From: Armatimonadota bacterium
GTDB taxonomy: Bacteria; Armatimonadota; Hebobacteria; Hebobacterales; Hebobacteraceae
DNA length: 56,180 bases
Assembly (NCBI GenBank): GCA_015486155.1
Contig: WFSF01000202.1
Location: 1-56,180 of the forward strand
Direction of reading: 5' to 3'
A model generated the notes under the pieces. It saw nothing but the letters and a program-made list of their open reading frames with translations. It was not told the DNA's origin and did no database searches. Shown here piece by piece: positions 53,386 to 56,180 of this stretch (position 1 is the stretch's first letter; each line of letters opens with the position of its first letter). The position numbers and the translations under genes are program-made.

Positions 53386-54390
53386 ATGGCTTCGTTCCTC
53401 CTGATTGTGGGCATTGCTGTTCTCATCCCTTTGCTGGCCTGGCGCACCAGCCGGCCCTGGCTGACCGCGGCGGGCGCGGTCGTGGGGAACCCGCTCGATC
53501 TGCTGGGCCGTTCGCTTGGGGACGTGGCCCGGCGTGCCGCAGGCTGGTGGCACACAACATTTCCGCCCATTCTGCCGGGCAGGCTGTTGTCTGATCTGAT
53601 GCTGTCGCTGGGCGCGGCCTGCCTGGCCTGGGCGGACCTTCGCCTCCAACAGGCCACGTGGCAGGCCCCCGCCTTTGGTCTTCCTATGGATGTCGGCCTC
53701 AGAACCGGGACCGCGCTGACGTTGGCGCATGTCGTTCTCGGCGCAGTGGTTGTCGAGTTGTACCGGCAGGAGCCGATCATCCGCGTTCTGGAGGGGACCG
53801 AGCCGGGTATGCGGCGCGCGGTCAGAGGGCTTGCGGTGCTCATGTTCCTCACAGGGATCCTGCTCGCAGGTGCTACTTCAGGATTGCGAGCGATTCTGGC
53901 CGCGCAGATGACAGAGGCGGGCGGCGCAGGGTTGACGGTCATGGTCTGGCTGACCGCGGCGATGAGCGTGCTGCTCGGGGTGTTGGTCGCCACTACGGCC
54001 GGGCTGGCGGCAGGGGTGCTTCCCCATTTGCTGGCCGATGCGGCGGCGGTAATCAGCGCGCTCGTGGTGATGGCGTTGGAAATCCTCGCATGGTGTGCGC
54101 AGCTGTGCGCTTCCGTCTGGGCGCGCGTGTGGGCGGTGCCCCTGGCTGCGGTTGGCGTGATTCAGGAGAGCGCCCAGCGCGCCTGGATGCTGCTGGCCGC
54201 GCTCTGGGGCATGGTCGAGCGCGCAGGCTGCGCGCTCATTTCAATCTTGGCACGGGGCCGCCGGCGGGCGGGAGGAGAGTCCGGCTTGTTGCCGGCCTGT
54301 CTGCCGCAGGGTCCCGCGGCCGGAAAGGAGGCACACTGTGAGCAGGGCGCAGACGAAGACACGAGCGGCCGAAGAGCTGCAATTGCTTGA
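53386..54390 (+). CDS. Polytopic membrane protein, unknown function
   Basis: Start at MASFLLIVGIAVLIPLLAW (SD GGGAG). At least 6 hydrophobic helices. It starts 5 nt after the vWA gene stop. Confidence 0.6.
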   Translation: MASFLLIVGIAVLIPLLAWRTSRPWLTAAGAVVGNPLDLLGRSLGDVARRAAGWWHTTFPPILPGRLLSDLMLSLGAACLAWADLRLQQATWQAPAFGLPMDVGLRTGTALTLAHVVLGAVVVELYRQEPIIRVLEGTEPGMRRAVRGLAVLMFLTGILLAGATSGLRAILAAQMTEAGGAGLTVMVWLTAAMSVLLGVLVATTAGLAAGVLPHLLADAAAVISALVVMALEILAWCAQLCASVWARVWAVPLAAVGVIQESAQRAWMLLAALWGMVERAGCALISILARGRRRAGGESGLLPACLPQGPAAGKEAHCEQGADEDTSGRRAAIA

Positions 54391-54616
54391 GCCTGACGCG
54401 TCGAAGGTGCCGGCTCCCTACGCCGGGGATGCCCGTGTTGCGGCGTTCCTGGAGGCGCTGGGGCGGCACGTGGACGCGGCAGTGAGGAGGGCCGTCAAGC
54501 AGGAGATGGAGAGGCTCTCCAAAGAGGCGGCCGCCCAGCGCGAGGCTCGGCAGCAGGCGGCGGCAGTGAGGGAAACGAGTCTGAGCACTCAGGCTAACCG
54601 CTACGCGCAGGACTGA
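54338..54616 (+). CDS. Small charged helical protein (uncertain)
   Basis: 92-aa ORF with a GTG start preceded by AAGGAGG. It overlaps the end of the membrane protein gene by 53 nt. Confidence 0.35.
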   Translation: MSRAQTKTRAAEELQLLEPDASKVPAPYAGDARVAAFLEALGRHVDAAVRRAVKQEMERLSKEAAAQREARQQAAAVRETSLSTQANRYAQD

Positions 54617-54692
54617 ACAGAAGCGGGGGGCACGCGCTCTCCCGTGCCCTCCCGCTGATTCGGTGTTCAAGCGATGAGACGGAGGTGCTGCC

Positions 54693-56078
54693 ATGATTGC
54701 GGTCGGAGTGTGGCCGGGGGATGAGAGCGCGAGAGAATCGGACCGGGCGGGTTGGACGGCCCCGGCCGGATTGGCGAGAGATGGCAGGGATTTGAGCTTG
54801 CTGCAACGGCCTGCCCGCTCGCCATGGGCCGGATGGGAGCAGCTGGCATCGCAGTCCGAACAGGCGGCCAGGCTTGGGCTGGGGCTGCTCGTCATGCCCC
54901 CTGCCGGGACCAGGGTGCCGGATGACTGGTGCAGGCAGCTGCGCGCCGGGGCGGTGTGCGCATGGATCGCTCAGGATGGACAGGGGGGATGGCACGGCGC
55001 GGCGTTTGACGGAGGGGAAGAGCGCCCGGTGGACCGCGTTGTGGCGCTGGATTCCGGGGAGGTTGTAGACCTGACGGACGCCCCGCTCCCTGCCCCGGAA
55101 CTTGCGCCCGGGGTGTGGGACGCGATTCGCGCAGGCATAGGGTCGGCGTTCGCGAGGATACGCGCCTCAGGCTTGCTGGTCGTCGGGTCTGGCCGCATGG
55201 CCGGGCGGACCGTGGAAATCGCGGTGTCGAGCGGTTTCTGGGACATCTGCGTGCTCGACAACGACATCGATGAACCCCGGAACCGGACAGGGCCCCTTGG
55301 CACCAAACCCAGGGAACCCATGCCAAAGCCCAGGCATCTCGCGCGGTATGTGAGAGACCATTTCGAGGGGGTCAGGCTGCGGGAGGAGACCTGTTCCGTT
55401 ACCCAGCGGCCGGCGCTCAGGGCATTACGGGACAGGCCGCTGCTGATTACGGCCACGGACAGCGAGGCGGCCCGGTTCGTGGGTGCCTGTGTTGCCAGCG
55501 CGCTCGGCATTGCGCACCTGGATCTGGGGGCTGGGGTGCATGAGGAAGGAGAAGAGATCAGGAGGGCGGGCCAGGTTGTGTTCATTCCTCCCGGACAGGG
55601 GTGCCTGGTGTGCGTGCGGGGATTGCGCTGGGACGAGGTGGAGCGCGACCTGCAAGGGGACGCCGATGCCCAGCTGGAGGCGCGCCGGCGCGGGGAGCGC
55701 AGGGGAGACACCATGGGAAGCGTCCCGGACCTGCTGGCGAGGGTGGCCGGGGCAGGGGTGGCGCTGCTGCGCCGGTGGATGGGCGGAGAAGAGGGCGAGG
55801 CGCGACGCCTGCTGTTGTATGACGGTGGGCTGGCCGAGGAACTGCCCAGGTCGCTGCCGCAGCAACGCTGTCCGGTCTGCGCGCTGCGAAACTGCGGACA
55901 GGCCTTGCTGAACTGTCTGTTCCCCTCCCCCGGACTGACCGACCGGTCCGAACAGGGCACCCCAGATGAGCAGACCTCTGTAGGCCTGCCTCTCCCTGCG
56001 GCCGATGTCGAACGCGTCCTGGACTTGATGGGGGCGGCGCATCCAGCCGCATGCCTCCGCTCGCAAGGTGCATGGTAA
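54693..56078 (+). CDS. ThiF/E1-like adenylyltransferase-fold protein with unassigned N-terminal domain
   Basis: 461 aa, SD GGAGGTG. Rossmann motif LLVVGSGRMAGRTVEIAVSSGFWDICVLDNDIDEPRNR. E1-like ITATDSEAARFV, plus two Cys pairs (GCLVCV and RCPVCALRNC). Divergent from canonical ThiF/MoeB. Confidence 0.6.
   Translation: MIAVGVWPGDESARESDRAGWTAPAGLARDGRDLSLLQRPARSPWAGWEQLASQSEQAARLGLGLLVMPPAGTRVPDDWCRQLRAGAVCAWIAQDGQGGWHGAAFDGGEERPVDRVVALDSGEVVDLTDAPLPAPELAPGVWDAIRAGIGSAFARIRASGLLVVGSGRMAGRTVEIAVSSGFWDICVLDNDIDEPRNRTGPLGTKPREPMPKPRHLARYVRDHFEGVRLREETCSVTQRPALRALRDRPLLITATDSEAARFVGACVASALGIAHLDLGAGVHEEGEEIRRAGQVVFIPPGQGCLVCVRGLRWDEVERDLQGDADAQLEARRRGERRGDTMGSVPDLLARVAGAGVALLRRWMGGEEGEARRLLLYDGGLAEELPRSLPQQRCPVCALRNCGQALLNCLFPSPGLTDRSEQGTPDEQTSVGLPLPAADVERVLDLMGAAHPAACLRSQGAW
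55996..56038. repeat. Left arm of a 43-bp perfect inverted repeat
   Basis: ctgcggccgatgtcgaacgcgtcctggacttgatgggggcggc, inside the 3' end of the E1-like gene. Its exact reverse complement is at 56138..56180. Confidence 0.9.
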
Positions 56079-56137
56079 GTTCGTCCAGGCTCTGGGCGTC
56101 AGCGTCTCCCGACTCTCCCAGCAGCGCCTCCGCCGCG

Positions 56138-56180
56138 GCCGCCCCCATCAAGTCCAGGACGCGTTCGACATCGGCCGCAG
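56138..56180. repeat. Right arm of a 43-bp perfect inverted repeat (truncated by window end)
   Basis: gccgcccccatcaagtccaggacgcgttcgacatcggccgcag. The arms are separated by a 99-nt spacer. The repeat may continue beyond base 56180. Confidence 0.9.

Noticed and set aside
52752-55960. Long antisense ORFs (52752..53993 -, 53101..53730 -, 54971..55960 -, 55425..56066 -, 55582..56151 -)
   Set aside because: Same reasoning: R/P/A/G-rich translations opposite clearly structured vWA, membrane and E1-like genes. No SD sites.
1-56180. CRISPR arrays, rRNA genes, IS transposases, reverse transcriptases/retrons
   Set aside because: I found no regularly spaced short direct repeats, no rRNA-like segments, and no DDE/HUH transposase or RT motifs (YxDD) in any listed ORF. 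The only repeats seen are those reported.
1-56180. An archaeal origin for the whole window (suggested by Orc1/Cdc6, the zinc-ribbon integrase and the BHB-like tRNA insert)
   Set aside because: Two sigma70-type promoters (one near-consensus), frequent GGAGG SDs, a lipobox signal peptide and a signal-peptidase-I type secreted protein favour a bacterial host. This remains uncertain and needs marker-gene taxonomy of the full contig.

Overview
This 56.2-kb window is probably bacterial. It has near-consensus sigma70-type promoters, GGAGG ribosome-binding sites and a lipobox lipoprotein, although several cargo genes have an archaeal flavour. By eye it falls into four parts. (1) Bases 1 to about 10,000 are a uniformly high-GC, housekeeping-looking block. 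It holds a truncated polytopic membrane protein missing from the ORF track, a CN-hydrolase, two tandem MFS paralogs, a non-Pyl MttB-family methyltransferase translationally coupled to a class I SAM methyltransferase, an ArsB/NhaD-type permease and a secreted beta-helix protein. (2) An odd tRNA-like element lies at about 10.1 kb. (3) Roughly 10.4-44.3 kb is a compositionally patchy defence and mobile-element island. Its centrepiece is a tightly coupled plus-strand operon at 12.0-24.4 kb: an excisionase-type HTH, an SNF2 helicase with a DUF3883 nuclease-like tail, a DUF1156 DNA methyltransferase, a DUF499 (BrxC/PglY-like) ATPase, an effector-less APAZ-like protein, a catalytically dead short Argonaute, and a TIGR02391/Ymh (HEPN-type Rx4H) protein. 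I could not match this composite architecture to any described system, and I rate it the best candidate for something new. The rest of the island holds: a minus-strand integrase module (tyrosine integrase with zinc ribbon, Cys-rich ORF, two paralogous small proteins, Cas4-like nuclease); a solitary OLD nuclease and an Orc1/Cdc6-like ATPase; an AbiEi/AbiEii toxin-antitoxin pair; small orphan genes bracketed by an imperfect direct repeat; an MBL-hydrolase plus membrane-protein pair; a coiled-coil protein plus a HerA/FtsK-like ATPase-wHTH-nuclease fusion; and a 1511-aa STAND/NACHT-type NTPase. (4) Bases 44.7-56.1 kb return to high GC but still look like conflict-system genes. They encode an N6-adenine methyltransferase, an unknown protein and a Zn-ribbon SNF2 helicase; a membrane-anchored caspase-like protease, a TM protein and a wHTH regulator; and a vWA lipoprotein, a polytopic membrane protein and a ThiF/E1-like protein. 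The window ends in a 43-bp perfect inverted repeat cut by the window edge. I saw no CRISPR array, rRNA or transposase. All family assignments come from motif recognition by eye and need HMM or structure confirmation.
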